Shown: positions 11,385 to 24,642, counted from the first letter of the whole stretch. The stretch: DNA of 63,408 nt, filler included, from Reticulomyxa filosa (GCA_000512085.1; 19 parts of 19 records of this genome joined end to end with filler, not necessarily neighbours in it); one strand, 5' to 3'. Made by a program: numbers and translations. Notes: generated by a model from the letters alone, not told the origin.

Positions 11385-14300
11385 TCTTCTTCTTCTTCTT
11401 CTTCTTCTTCTGCATTAGAATCCATTGATTCTCGTCTGTGTCTTATTCGATTTGGATTTTTCAACAGTTTTTCAAATAAATTCATTTCCGTTCCAATCGA
11501 TTTGTCTTTAACAAACACATACTTATCGTCGCTGGTTTCCGTTGTGGATGTGGGTTTGTCAGAATCTAATCTGGTTGTTTCGGTTTTTAATTCTTCTAGG
11601 TTTTCTTTCACAGGACCACTTGGTCTTGGGCTATCTTCGTCCACGTCTTGTAAAGAATCGGCGTCAGGCTTTTTGATAGGTTCATCATTACCACTGTTGT
11701 AAAGTTTCTCCCGTAGTAATCGCAATAGAAAATGCCGACGTTCCCTTTTGTATTCTTCTTTTTCTTCAATAAAATGGGCAAATAGGTTCGGCTGTTCTTC
11801 ACCGCTTGGTGGTTGTGTTTTTTCATCTTCGACTGATTGCAGAGCAGTGTTATTAGCATTGGGAATCGTGTGGTCATCATTCTCTTCTTCACTAGAATGG
11901 GCAAATAGGTTCGGCTGTTCTTCACTGCTTGATGATTGTGTTTTTTCATCTTCGATTGATTGCATAGCAGCATCATTGGCATTGGGAATCGTGTGGTCGT
12001 CATTCTTTTCTTCAACAGAATGAGCAAATAGGTTCGGTTGTTCTTCACTGCTTGGTGGTTGTATTTTTTCATCTTCGACTGATTGCAGAGCAGCGTTATT
12101 AGCATTAGGAATCATGTGGCCATCACTCCTTGGCACAGCTGTCTCATCTTTAATATCATCTCTTTGGGTTGGTAGCATGTCAGAAATGGGTGGATCTTCG
12201 CGCTTGGTTTCGACTTCCCACGTCAGTGTGGGCACGCATATCATCGTGTCGAACACTTCGTTCCACAGTGTCCAATCCACTGACGTCTGTACGAGACACT
12301 GCTGCACACACTTGACGTCCTCTTTGCTCCAAAAGTCACCGTCGAGGGCCATCTTTTGTTGCTGCGATTTCACCTCGCTGATAAAGAGATCCAAATATGT
12401 GCGAGGGAGTTTGTAAAAGTCGGGATAGGATAGCAACTGTAACACGTTGCGATGAAAGTGCGAAGCAGACCCAGCTGTGCCGTCTAAAGGACCGTGTTGA
12501 AGCCATTCTCGCAAAGATGCTCGCAGCAATGTCTCCCACAAATGAGCATTTTGGGTTTCGTGATGAAACTGTTGCAACCACAGTGGATGATGTTCCACGC
12601 TGCTTCGAAACGTCAGCAAAATGTTATTTGTCAAACGTTCCATTGTGTTTTTAATATCATTGTCATCAAATGTCACATGTGTCCAAAGGATATCCAACAG
12701 TGCTGGCATTACTCTCGGCGTCACACTTTCCGAATTGAGACACACCTCCACTGTTTTCAGAATTTTACTCTCTTCCGTCCAAATCTTCTTCTCTTTCAAC
12801 ACAAAGTCCTCAAAAAAGCGCTGCCACTGATTTGACAAAGCGATTACACTCACGAATTCCTTTGAGCTGAATAAAGTGAAAAACAATTGCACATTTTCGC
12901 TCAACAATTTTTCATCTTCCAATTTTTGCAAAAATGCATGCCACTTTTCAAAGTCACTTTGAAATAGATTCAAAATCACTTTGCCAAATGACTTATGACC
13001 AAACACATTTCTCCATACTTCTGTTTTGAGACACCCTAGTCCCAATAGAAAGTCTAGCATTTTCTTTGATATTTCATCATTATCACAAACAATCATCAGA
13101 TCAATCAAATACTTTTCCACGGGAACCTGATTATTTTTTTTTGTTGTTCTCACTGCCAAATCTACTTTCAATATTGCAATCCCTTTTTCCTCCACCAAAT
13201 CACAATCAATATTCGTTTCAAAATCAATTTTTGTCAGATTCTGAGGTGGATGGCCTGCCTCATATCCAAATGCAGAACAATAGTTAAAACATGGCACAAG
13301 AGCTAACTCTTCCATTGGATCAAGAGATTGGTTATACAATATGCGGTACTGCTCATGTATCACAGTCTTCACTTCGTTGGAGGGCTTACTTTTGCATTGT
13401 TTTGCCGTAATGTGCACTACATCTAGCAATGTGGCTGGTGACAAGTTGCGATAATATGATTGCGATCTTCGTAAAAAACAAAGCGATATACCTGAATATT
13501 ACAAGAACATTAGATCGTTATTTTAAAGGGCTTTTTGAATTAAAAAAAACTTTTGTTACTCAACTGATTTCATGTCTGCAGTGGAACTCTTCCAATTGGC
13601 TATCTCTGTCTTGTACAAGCCTTCAATATAAATTTTTTGTACGGTAATATCTTTCTCCAAATCTTTGTAAGCACTACTCACAAACTCAAAGTTATCGGCG
13701 GAAGTGCCAATGGAAGACAGTAAATGTGAAAATATCGAGTGATCCCGTTGCGTATCATTGTGACTCTGTGAGAAAAAAAAAGTCTTGGGTTCCCAATATT
13801 TTTTCTTTTGAATTAGACAAGCACTCTGTTCAGGAGAGAACGAGCAAGTTGCCACTTCGTTCACTTTGTCTTCTCTTTGATTGTTGTACATACCAATATG
13901 AATGTTGGACGGTGTTTTTTTAGTTATTATGAAATCTTGATAATATAATGAAGGTGCTTTTTCACTATCAACTGCTTTCATTATATGCCATTCTATAATT
14001 CCAAAAAAAGTCTTTGGTAATGAAATTATTATCAAAATAATTGACTTTTTTTCAAATACCTTTGTGTGTGCCAAAGCAAATTACGATGGTTATACTAGGC
14101 CCCTGCTGTGTGATATCGGAATTGAAGAAATACGCCCGAAATTGCCTTTTATTACTGTCGTCATTTGGTTCCACTAAGGATATGCATCCATCCTCTTTGT
14201 TGTCTATTTCACACGTTTGAGTGATACATTGCTCGCACTCGTTAAGCAATTCATCCATGTCATCTTCTTCAGTCTGTTCGTGATATCGTGTAACAATGCC

Positions 14301-14876
14301 GTGTAACATTTTGATCTCGGAAGATGAAGTCTCTTTACACTCCTCCGAATTGGCTTGCTCCAATTCTTCTATAATGTCCTTATGCACACTGCACTTACAT
14401 GTTATGCATTTCAAGACTGTGAGTTTGAGAATCTGAAACATGATTCTTTGTTTGTACGCTTTGGCGTTTTCACTACTATCCTTGCATCTTATAAGCTCTA
14501 TTGCCATTTCATTTAGTTCTTCATCTTGCCATCTGCCAAATTCGTGGCAATCTGTTTATATTTGTTTTTGATACTGCTATTTTTTCTTACAAATAAATTT
14601 TTAAAAAACTTGAACCTTGAACAGGATTTTGGAGCCACTTTTTTATTCGAAAAAAACTCTTCACATTTTCTCGTATTTCACCGTTGATTGGGACATCCTT
14701 CACTTTTTTGCTATTTTCATTATAATTTGATTCTTGTATTATACACATTAGAAAAATATTTGGTTATTAGCTTACATTGGAGCTCGCTGTTTTACTATTA
14801 TATTCGTTGGCCGCCACTTATCGTCTATGCATCGTAGATGAAATTGCACGACATCGCCCTTACGCCATTCGTTCAT
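11385..14876 (-). CDS. Large multi-exon helical protein of a lineage-expanded family (paralog at 51954-53672), 3' truncated
   Basis: Open exon of about 690 aa (13444-11385) plus upstream exons (13556-13995, 14060-14550, up to ~14876). Blocks shared with the paralog, e.g. EKYLIDL/EMYVIDL, FQSDFEKW/FQKDFEQW, WETLLRASLREW/WGELLIDSLKEW. Upstream exon limits approximate. Confidence 0.75.
11755..12125 (-). repeat. Three tandem 123-bp (41-aa) coding repeats
   Basis: Anchor (g/a)ggaatc at 11861, 11984 and 12107 (spacing 123); peptide DHTIPNANxAAxQSxEDEKxQxxSxEEQPNLFAH. Confidence 0.95.
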
Positions 14877-15649
14877 GTTAAAACTGATCTTTTTTTTTGG
14901 ACGAAATGTTTAAAAAAAAGATTGTTTAAATACTTTTTGTATAGTTTNNNNNNNNNNNNNNNNNNNNNNNNNNNNNNNNNNNNNNNNNNNNTTAATTAAT
15001 TAANNNNNNNNNNNNNNNNNNNNNNNNNNNNNNNNNNNNNNNNNNNNGTGGTAATAACAACGTTTCTTCTGCTTCACACTGCGCTTGGCTTCAGGCTCTG
15101 CTTGCTGTTCTTGTCGTATTTTCGTTACTTTGATGCTGCTTTATACAGCTGCTTCTGCTTTTACATAATATTTTTAAGTTTTTTTTAGAGAAAATCAATG
15201 TCCCTTTTTAGCAAACAAAACTATGCCAAGGGCGTGGTACTTTTTTGTAATTTTGTAGGTCATTAAGTGGCTCAATTAAAACGATTATATTATCGATCAT
15301 AAAGAGGCTATCTTTTGAACAAATAAAAAATATTCCACTGATTTGAGTGGTATTAAACAAGCAATATAAAGAAAAAATGTTCAAAAGGAGCAGTCATCAA
15401 TTTATTCTTTTTCCTATATTTTCTTCTTAAAAAAAAGGTGATTCAAGAACGAATTTCAAAATTATACGAATTTGCAAAATATACAAGTAAAATTAGTGTT
15501 TCTCTTTGTCGTAAAAACGAGCGAGTTACATCGTTAGAAAGCATAAAGAAATGCGCATCTTTTAGTGCTAATAGAATTTCATTAAGTTTAGTTTGATCAA
15601 TTTTTTTTACAACTTTATCTTTTTTTTTTAAAACAGTAACTTATCTTCA

Positions 15650-16830
15650 TGAGAGGTCCATGTAAGGATTCGTACTGTTATTGTTTTCGCATCGATACAG
15701 ATATTTATTTTCTTACCAAGTGTTTTGAAAAGTTGTCCTCCTTTCTTACAAATCAAATTAAATCAAAGCATACTTTTTCCGAATAGTTAGGATGCAGTGC
15801 ATGAGCCATATCAGAAGAAAGCAAAAAGGATTTTTGAATTGCGCTTTCAAAACTCTTTTCTCCGTTTAATCTTTTCATAGCTTTGGTTGAGAATTGACAT
15901 TACTATATGTTCTCGAAATACAATCACCACTACTGCTACTATTACAAATAATAAACCTCAATCTTTGTGAGCGCTGAATGAAGAAATGCACGGAGTTGTA
16001 TTGCAAATATGGACGTTAGACAAAGTGATGGGAAAAAAAAGGATATCATGTCACAGCAAATATTTGCGGAAATGATCAACTCTTGCTCCAATCTCACTTT
16101 GGTCTTTTAGTCCAAACTTGTTGATGCCGTTAAAAAAGAGTTTGAATCCCATCACTTGTCCTCCTTGTTCACAAAATCAAGGATTTTGATAAGCATCATT
16201 CAGTTGCCAACATGAACAAGTATATTTAACTTTATGTGAATGTACTTCTTCCTAAAACAGTAACATAAATTTTCTTTTTAATTTTAGTGAGTGCGTCTTT
16301 TTAGTAATGTTAAGTTTTTCTCTTGTTTAAATGTACCGTTGTAAACTTTAACTTTTACTCGTTAAAAACTTTATGTCAATGGTTAGTATTTTTAAAAGAA
16401 ATAACGAGTAATTTTTGTAAGTAAAAAGAGGGATCAAAGAGCTATACAATGTCTGTACTCAATGGACTAACTACCAATCGAATCCGTGTTGGGGACAAAG
16501 TTTCTGATTGGCCCCGATTTTACAAGATATCGAAGACACAGACAAAAATGACCAGCAGTTGGATTTCACCACTGATTTGACGTGGATGCTTGATAATGGA
16601 AAGATGTTCAGAGCGAGTTAAATCCAACGGTAGATACAAATGCATATCAACGAATATTCAAAAAATACTTCTGGAAAGTAGTGCGAATAACCTACACTAT
16701 ACTGTTAACGATTAGCTGAACACCTAGTGTATTTAGGTGTGAATCAAGCTACAGCTTGGACTGGGAATAAATGGTTTCTCACAACCATTGACGAGTGTTT
16801 ACTGATTATTGGCCTGTCTATCTGAGATAA
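15650..16830 (+). pseudogene. Decayed coding-like sequence, unknown family
   Basis: Protein-like fragments (LAPILQDIEDTDKNDQQLDFTTDLTWMLDNGKMF; RLAEHLVYLGVNQATAWTGNKWFLTTIDECL) broken by many stops; GC higher than flanks. Confidence 0.35.
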
Positions 16831-17407
16831 CCTTATGTTATCCTTTTTTTTGTTCTTTACTATTTTTTACCGAAATGTTAAAAGCAAATCGGAAGATTGT
16901 CGTTGAAAAAACTGTTCGTTTGACAAAGAAAAAATTTGTTATATCCGCATGTCAAAACAAAAATTTTAATTTCTGAGCAGAAAAGTTTAAAAAACGTACA
17001 AAAAAATTTTACAAATTTTGCATTAACTCGTTGGTGATTATACGTATTAAATGTTTTGAAGATTTACTTGCTGTTATCCACAGATTTATGTTTATTTCAC
17101 TATTGTTTTTTGAAATTATGTCCTAACTTCTTGCGCTTTGCCTTTCGGAGCTTTTTTAAAATGTGAAAAGAGAATTTTTTGAAGTGCGGTTATGCGCGCA
17201 ACAATGGTGTCGCAAAAACGTATTTAATTTGGGGAAAAAAAGAATGATGTCTTTTTGTTTTACAATTTTTTTTTTAGTGATTTTTTTGTTATCCCCGATA
17301 AACAATAAGGAGAATAAAAAGCTGATACAACTTTTGGAGTTCTTTGATCCGTCATGTTGTTACAAAATTAATAGATGTAATCAACTTACGTATTATTCTT
17401 TTTTTGG

Positions 17408-19342
17408 TTAGGAATCATGATCAGAGCCATCGCTGGATAAAATAACAATATTGTTGTCATTGACATTACTTTTTTTTTTATGTTTTTTGTTTGTTGTATG
17501 CCGGGCAGGTTTTGTATTTCCCTGATGTGCAGTTCCATTTGTGTTTATGCTTACATCTACATTTGCATCAGAAGTAGCATCGTCGTCGCACAAGTTGATT
17601 GGGTCGGAACAGCTGGGTCTTTGAATAACGTGATGCACTGGCCTTTCGACCACACGCACGACAGTATTATCAGCACTGTTCACCACCAACATTTGCAAGC
17701 GACAATCAAAGCTCAAAATTAAAGGAGAATGAATATATACGTATACATAAAGAAATAAGATTAAAAAACTAGCCTGTCAAAATTGTCGATAGGTGGAGTA
17801 CGAGCATTAAAAGCGGCAGTCGATATTGGAGAAGGCCGATCATCCGTTAAGTCAAATATAACATGTTGTTGTTGTTGTTGTTGTTGATGGCTAGAGGTAG
17901 AGGATGACGAAGGCGATAACAATAGCGCGGGGGCCCTTCGGAATTGAAGAAAAGAGCGCTTAAGGCTTTGATTAGTGCTGCTGGGGAAATGAAGTCCATC
18001 CATATGAAGATGGGATGACCTCTGGTTTCTCTGAGAACAATATATACTCGAACTCTCGAAATTCGTGCTCATTGGCACTGCGGAGGTTGACGAGACATTA
18101 GCAGAGTTTGTATTAGGGCCAGAGCGGGAAGGGCAGAACGTGACATAGCCAAGACCTCTTCTATCATTTGACTTCTGCGTTGGATAAGACGGACGCTTGT
18201 CATTTTGCAGCCATTCCATGTCTCCATTCCACCCATGGTTCCGAAGTAGTCTCTTACCTAATTCGTAATCCTTTTTATTATATATGTACATACACATATA
18301 CGTATATATTTCGGAAGAGTGCTTCGAATTATAACAGTATACGTACACTGGTATCGTAATGTATAACAAATTGAGTATGATGTGTGTGTGTGTGTGTGTG
18401 TGTCTAAAAATTACATTACGATAGTGGAAGAGATCGAAACTGGTTCGACGGGTCCAGCTATCGACGGCTGTACGTAAGTCGATTTGATTGTATTATTCGT
18501 GATAATATCATCATTCGAAAAAGATGATAACTCAACATTTTCATTATCTGGCTGTTCTGATGATATATCAATCATGGGCATATCATTTCTTTTGTTTTAT
18601 TTTGTTTTGTTTGTTTGACGTTTTTTAGCTGATAAAAAAAAAAAGGGGGGGGAGAAAAACGAAAATTAAAAACAAACTGATGCGGCTCATCAGGCTCAGG
18701 ATCGGATTTTGGTGTAGGTAAAGGAATGCTATTCTGGTTTTGCTCTTTCTTTCTTCTTCTTCTTCTGTGTCCTTTGCGAGCTGGTCTCGATGATATGCGA
18801 TTTATTATTTCCCTGCTTTGACAGTGATCTTCTGCCTTGCTTCCCTTTCCATCGTCCTTATTCTCATTACTACAACTTTTGTTATCATTATTATCATTCT
18901 GATTATGATTGCGATTATAATTATGATTGCGATTATAATTATAATTACGATTATGACTATGACTATAATTAAAATTATAATGATAATTATAATGATAACT
19001 ATAATGATAACTATTGTTATCATTATAATCACCATAATCATTATTATTATCATCATCATAACTATAATTGTAACTGTTGCCATAATAATTTTTTTCTCTA
19101 TTACAAAAGCAACACCGTGTTCGTCTTTTATCAACTCGGGGCCGATATTGGAAATGCTGTTTTGAAGGAGTACGAGTGCGAGAATGCGGGCTTGATGCAC
19201 ATGCAGCAGTTTCGTCTTCTCTTTCATTCTTTGTTGCCTTCCGTCCTTCACTCCAGAACATTTCTCGCGGCCTTCCTCGTCGTAGTTGTGCTCTTTGTCC
19301 TCGGCATCGGTTATTTCGCTGAGTTCTTTTCGGTTCTTCCAT
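17408..19342 (-). CDS. G-patch domain protein with Asn/Tyr/His low-complexity region and several SIM-like motifs
   Basis: Degenerate G-patch DYELGKRLLRNHGWNGDMEWLQNDKRPSYPTQKSNDRRGLGY; exons ~19342-18678, 18589-18418, 18271-17773 and probably 17712-17408. Confidence 0.7.
18380..18402. repeat. (TG)n microsatellite in an intron
   Basis: tgtgtgtgtgtgtgtgtgtgtgt. Confidence 0.9.
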
Positions 19343-19700
19343 TTTTTTTCTTTCTAACGTTCTACACAGATTGAATTGTTACAAAATTAATACCAGTTTT
19401 TCTGAACTTTTTTTATCTAATTTTCTTTTTTGTGCGTACGGGCCCTTTTTTTAAAGTCATTTCGCTTGCTTCAGGCTGTGAATATGTTTTGATTTGACAG
19501 TGTTGACAATAGCATTTATTAATTTGATTTGTGTGTCTTCTAGCCAAAAGAATCTGCTTGGAAAGACCAAGAAAAAGAAGGAATGTGTGAAAGTATTGAA
19601 GAGGTAAAGACCCAGCAAAGTAAAGAATAAGGCATCCCAGAGACAAACAATTGGCACACGAAAGAAAAGTTGTATTTTATCGTTGGCTCATAGACATAGT

Positions 19701-19765
19701 ATGGATAATGAGATCTTCGAGGTTAGTCCACTTTGGGAGCGTCCAGGTGAGCCACCAAAATCTGT
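19701..19765 (+). CDS. Probable first exon of a gene cut by the contig end
   Basis: MDNEIFEVSPLWERPGEPPKS then GT and an A-rich intron-like tract; divergent from the G-patch gene about 360 bp away. Confidence 0.35.
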
Positions 19766-20035
19766 GCATTTGCATTTAATCAATGACAAGCAAACAAATG
19801 AGAGAATAAATAAAGAAGCAAAAAAANNNNNNNNNNNNNNNNNNNNNNNNNNNNNNNNNNNNNNNNNNNNTTAATTAATTAANNNNNNNNNNNNNNNNNN
19901 NNNNNNNNNNNNNNNNNNNNNNNNNNTATATATATATATATATATATGTATATAATTTTAATTTTTTGAAGTTTTTTTTTAAAAAAAAAAAAAAAAAAAG
20001 GTGCATTGAATACATTGCTATTTTTCAACAATCGC

Positions 20036-23000
20036 AGTATACGTACTCGAATTCGTCATAGCCACGTGTGCCTCAGCTTGTGTCCATTGCCTGTCAAAGC
20101 GGAACAAAGCACCCTGTCACCTTACGGCCCAGACGACACGAACGGGTCGACGAATCTGTCCCAAATGAACTCGCAGCTGTGGCCGTACTCCCCGCAGCCA
20201 CCACTGCGATTGCCACAGCTGAAAGACCTGTCGCCAACTGCGGACATGTCTCCATCCGCGCCGGACCCTCAGCAGAGGGCCCACACGCGCGAAAAAGGAA
20301 AAAAGAAAAAGAAAAAGAAGAAAACGAAAACGAAGGAGAGGAACGAGAGAAGAAGGGATAGTAGCAGTAGCGACGACAACAACGCGAGAAAAAAGAGCCG
20401 ACATTTGAAAAGTGGCAATGTCAATAACGGTGATGCCAAAGGTGATTCTAATGATAGCAATAATGTCAATGCCAAAGGTAATGATAATAACAACGATAAT
20501 GATAATGGTAATGATAATGATAATGATAATGGCAATGACAATAACAATAACAATAACAATAACAATAACAATAACAATAACAATGATAATGACGACAATA
20601 ATGAATTGCCTGGAATAACATTGGTCACGAGAGAGGCGGCAGACTCTTCTTCTTTGGTGTTTGGAGAAGGAAGGCCTATATTGAATGAAATAAACCGATC
20701 GAACGAAAGAAGGAAGAGAAACAGGAGCAAAGCAAGTGGCAATGGCAACAACACGAGGGATTACAAAGAGGGCGAAAACGACATTGAAATGGTAACGAAA
20801 GCCACTGACAAGAACGACGTGAGGAAAAATCCAAAGCTGAACGATTTTGTCAATGTCATCACAAATGAAATGATTTCAGAAGCAGCGAATATTCCACTTG
20901 ACGCCCAGGTTTATTTTTGCAATGTGTCTGTATATAACATATGTATATGTATATGTATATGTATATGTCATATCAATGAATAAACAATTGGAAAAAACAA
21001 ACTAAACAAAATAGAAAGCAAGAAATGCAAATGTATCTACTTCATTGGCAGTGACTCAACGCGTGGGAGGGGGTTCACTCTCGTCTTTGAATGAATTATC
21101 GGCACAGCGCCACTTGGGCACGACGACAACGACGACGGCGACGACAATGGCAAAGGGAAAGACTGACAACAGTGGCGTTGATGGCGAAGATGACTATCCC
21201 CGACAAACGACGGCAGAAATGGAAGCGAATATTTGGCAGGAATTGCGAAACAAAATCCCGAGCCAAGAATATATACTAAATTTGGAAGCTTGTCGACACC
21301 AATGCCATGCATTGGAAGAGTACCAAGTATTTGTGACCACATTCAACATGGCCGATTACAATGGCGCTACAAACACATTGCAAGATTGGCTGCGCTTCGA
21401 AATGCAAAATGCCTATTGCAAGTTCAAGCAATTCACAGCCAATTATCGAAACACGGCCCCGCCATCTGCCAATCCAGAAACTGTTAACGCTGATCACGCC
21501 CAACAAACTAATCCTCGAAATGGCTCGACCGCCACCAACGTCCTGTCTCTGTCTGAAATATCGTCCGGAGTCAATTTGTCCACCGCAGTCCAGGTCGATA
21601 CCGACGCGTCCGCACCTCTCTTGGCCAACGAATGGACACAGCCACCACCGACCATGCTGGGCCTTACCTCTGACAATTTTCTCGTTTTGGACCACAGCAA
21701 AGGTGCTACTGAAAATATGAAAAATATTGATATTTATGCTTTTGGTTAGTTATATTAATAAAATGATATATATATTTATATGTACATATATATGTATATG
21801 TATATACACACATATGTGATATACAACTTAATTGAAAATACTGGAAATTTCAAAGGTATGCAGGAACTACGATTAGACGAAAATGTAGTAAACAATATGC
21901 TGTTATCGATCATTGGAAAAGACTCGTATACGATATTGAAATATCGACGTCTACGTGGCATCTACTTGGTGATATTGGTGAAGAATTATCTCGTGAGCGG
22001 CATCGATCAAAGCAAGATCCAAGCTCGGGCCACGAGAACAGGGATCGGCAATTTGTACGGAAACAAAGGTGCTGTTGGTATCTCTTTTAAGCTCAATCGC
22101 ACCTCCTTTTGCTTTGTCAATGCCCACTTGGCCGCAAGCAATTCGAACAAGTTCCTTCAGGATCGCATCGAGGACCTGGTGCTCATCATCAACGGCCTTG
22201 CCATGGGCTCACTGCAGGTCGACTTCACGCACACATACCACGCGCTGTTCCTATTGGGAGACTTGAACTTTCGCTTGCAGAACATCTCTTGGGAAGACGC
22301 CGTGCATCTCATTAAACAGCAGCAATACATGTCCCTGCTCGGATTGGACGAGCTAACGCAGCTGCGTTCTCCTTATATCGCCACTAACTCTAGCGAATTG
22401 TTGTTGGTCGATAACAACCCCGACTCCAATTCCGAACCAAATGCAAGTGCAAATGCAACGGATACAAACAATGCAAACACTAATGCCGAATCGAGTCCAA
22501 ATGCAAATGAAATGCAAATGCAAATGTAAATATGGCTACTATTAATCTGCAATGGATGCCAATAGCAGTGTTAATGCAACCACGGATATGAACGCGATTA
22601 CCGATGCCAATGCTTCAAATACTGCTGGTGATGGCGATGGTGATGGCAATAGCAATGGCAATGTTGGTGGAGACAGTCCCAATGAACAATTCGTCAAACC
22701 CATGAGCTCCACGCAGTCACTCTTTGCGGACAACCGCCCCACCCGATTGTCTGTAATCGATTCCGTTTCGAAGGAGATGCCTGCGACACCATCGGCGATG
22801 AGCGTGCTGACTGGAGGAATAGCGGCCGATGTCACGAGGAACAGTGTCATGAACGAGGAGTGGTATACGTCGTCGCGATTATCGATCCAGCAGGAAGACC
22901 ACGAGGACAAGGAAGAAGACGAGGCGAAAATGTCATCACCATTTCATTTCCTTGGCAACATGGATCGCCACAGTAGCTTTGATTTGCAGCCGCCACTGTC

Positions 23001-24642
23001 GTCCTCATTGGCTTACTCACCGCCGTCCATTCGTCCTGTCACTGACGACGCTGGAATCGGGATCGGAATTGGACACCGTCTGTCCGCCAAAAGTATCAAC
23101 AGTGTCATGGACAGCACCAAGCGCTCGCGACGCACCATGAGTGCAAGTATGGCTATATCCATCGATCAAGACATCCACCAGCAGGACACCAACTCCAAGC
23201 GAACGCTCAAGCAACGCTACACGCCCCACGAAAGAGATGATCCTCATTATGACAAAGACAAAGAAAAAGAGCCCGAACCAAGCATGAATGTATCATTGAT
23301 GAACCATGTGGGGTCATTGGAGTCACAGTTTCTCTTTTATCGTATATACATATCATATATATATATATATATAATTGCAAGGGAGCTATCTATAATAATC
23401 TCTCCAATGTCATTGTTTTTGATGTGTGTGTGCTATGCAGAGGACTGTTGAAACAAAAGAGTACGACGGATGTGGTAAGCATGCTCACGCACGGAAAGAA
23501 CGAGGAGGAAAAAAAGATGGAGCCATTGGTAGTGGAGGACGCCGAGGAGAATGACGTAGAGGACAAAGAGCCGGAAGTGATGTCGCCAGCAAAGAGCGAC
23601 AAAAAGACAGTGCATTTCGCCAAGTTTTCGTCGATCAATGAAGACGACTCCACCTTTGTCATCAACTACGTATCGCCCATGCTCCAACAGTTTGTGGAGG
23701 GACATATCAACTGGCCGCCCACATACAAGTATGTCAAAGGCACAAGCACTTACGACACGAAGCGCGTTCCGGCGTGGTGCGATCGCGTGTTGTGGGTGAA
23801 CCCGCCCCATCCGTGTGTAAGCATCACTCAGTCTTTGTATGAGTGTGCCAAAACGACGCCAAAAGAGAGCGATCACAAGCCGGTGTTTGCACAGTTCCGA
23901 GTGCGCTATGACGCGATGTGGAATCCCAATATCCCGTCGCAGTATATCGTTACGATGCGACGACTGAAGCTGCATTTGTATGCTGCGGCGATGACCACTG
24001 CACCCAAGGCAAAGACTTCAAAGGCTCAGGACAATACCTCCGGTCTTTGGCACAAGACCAAGCCGAGCATGGAGAGCCTCAAATTGTTTGACACTCCAAA
24101 AAAAAAAGGCATTTCGTTTGGCAATTCGCCGCAGATATCCGGAGCCACTAGTCAAACTATATTGAAAAGTGATTATTTGAAACCCTATTTTACCGTTGAT
24201 GGTGACATGCTAAATGTCAGGATTCGAAGCATGCCTGGACAGCGTCTCACGCAAGAGTGCAATGAAAATTGGATTGTGTATACGTTTGAGTTGAATCCGT
24301 TCTTGATCATCATGGATTCGATCACCACTATTGGCAACGGCTGCTTGTGGCTTACTATCAAAGATGAGTTTTTGATTGGAGATGCCGACAATATCGGAGC
24401 TTGTGCTATCCCTTTGATTGACATTTATGATGTCATGAAGTCCAAAGAGTTCCAGATTTTAAGGAGCACCAAAGGCAAACGCGCCGGTGGAACTGTTGGA
24501 AGACGAGACATGGAAGAAACGACACAACAAATGAAATTGTATCAAAAGTACGGCTTTATACATTTCAAACAAGATGTCACGTGGGCTACCACCAAAAAAA
24601 GGCTTTTTGGAAGGAGATATTAATGTTCGATTGATGGTGTGA
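20036..24642 (+). CDS. Inositol polyphosphate 5-phosphatase with C-terminal C2-like domain (5' truncated)
   Basis: Canonical motifs VFVTTFNMA, DIYAFGMQE, GNKGAVGISF...SFCFVNAHLAA, LFLLGDLNFRL, EGHINWPPTYKY, KRVPAWCDRVLW, SDHKPVFA. Introns ~20909-21013, ~21746-21856, ~23329-23440. Frame break near 22510-22565. Probable extra A at ~24600 (true end GFLEGDINVRLMV* at 24642). Confidence 0.93.

Noticed and set aside
18790-19251. Overlapping poly-Ile ORFs on both strands
   Set aside because: Alternative-frame readings of the AAT/TAT/CAT low-complexity exon of the G-patch gene.
19683-20100. Joining genes across spacers, e.g. the 19701 exon with the 5-phosphatase, or any cross-contig gene cluster
   Set aside because: Other junctions (11284/11385, 47543/47644) have incomplete genes converging into the spacer, so adjacent contigs are not neighbours.
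20269-20754. Antisense poly-Leu and (IT)n ORFs
   Set aside because: Shadows of the poly-Asn/Asp tract in the phosphatase.
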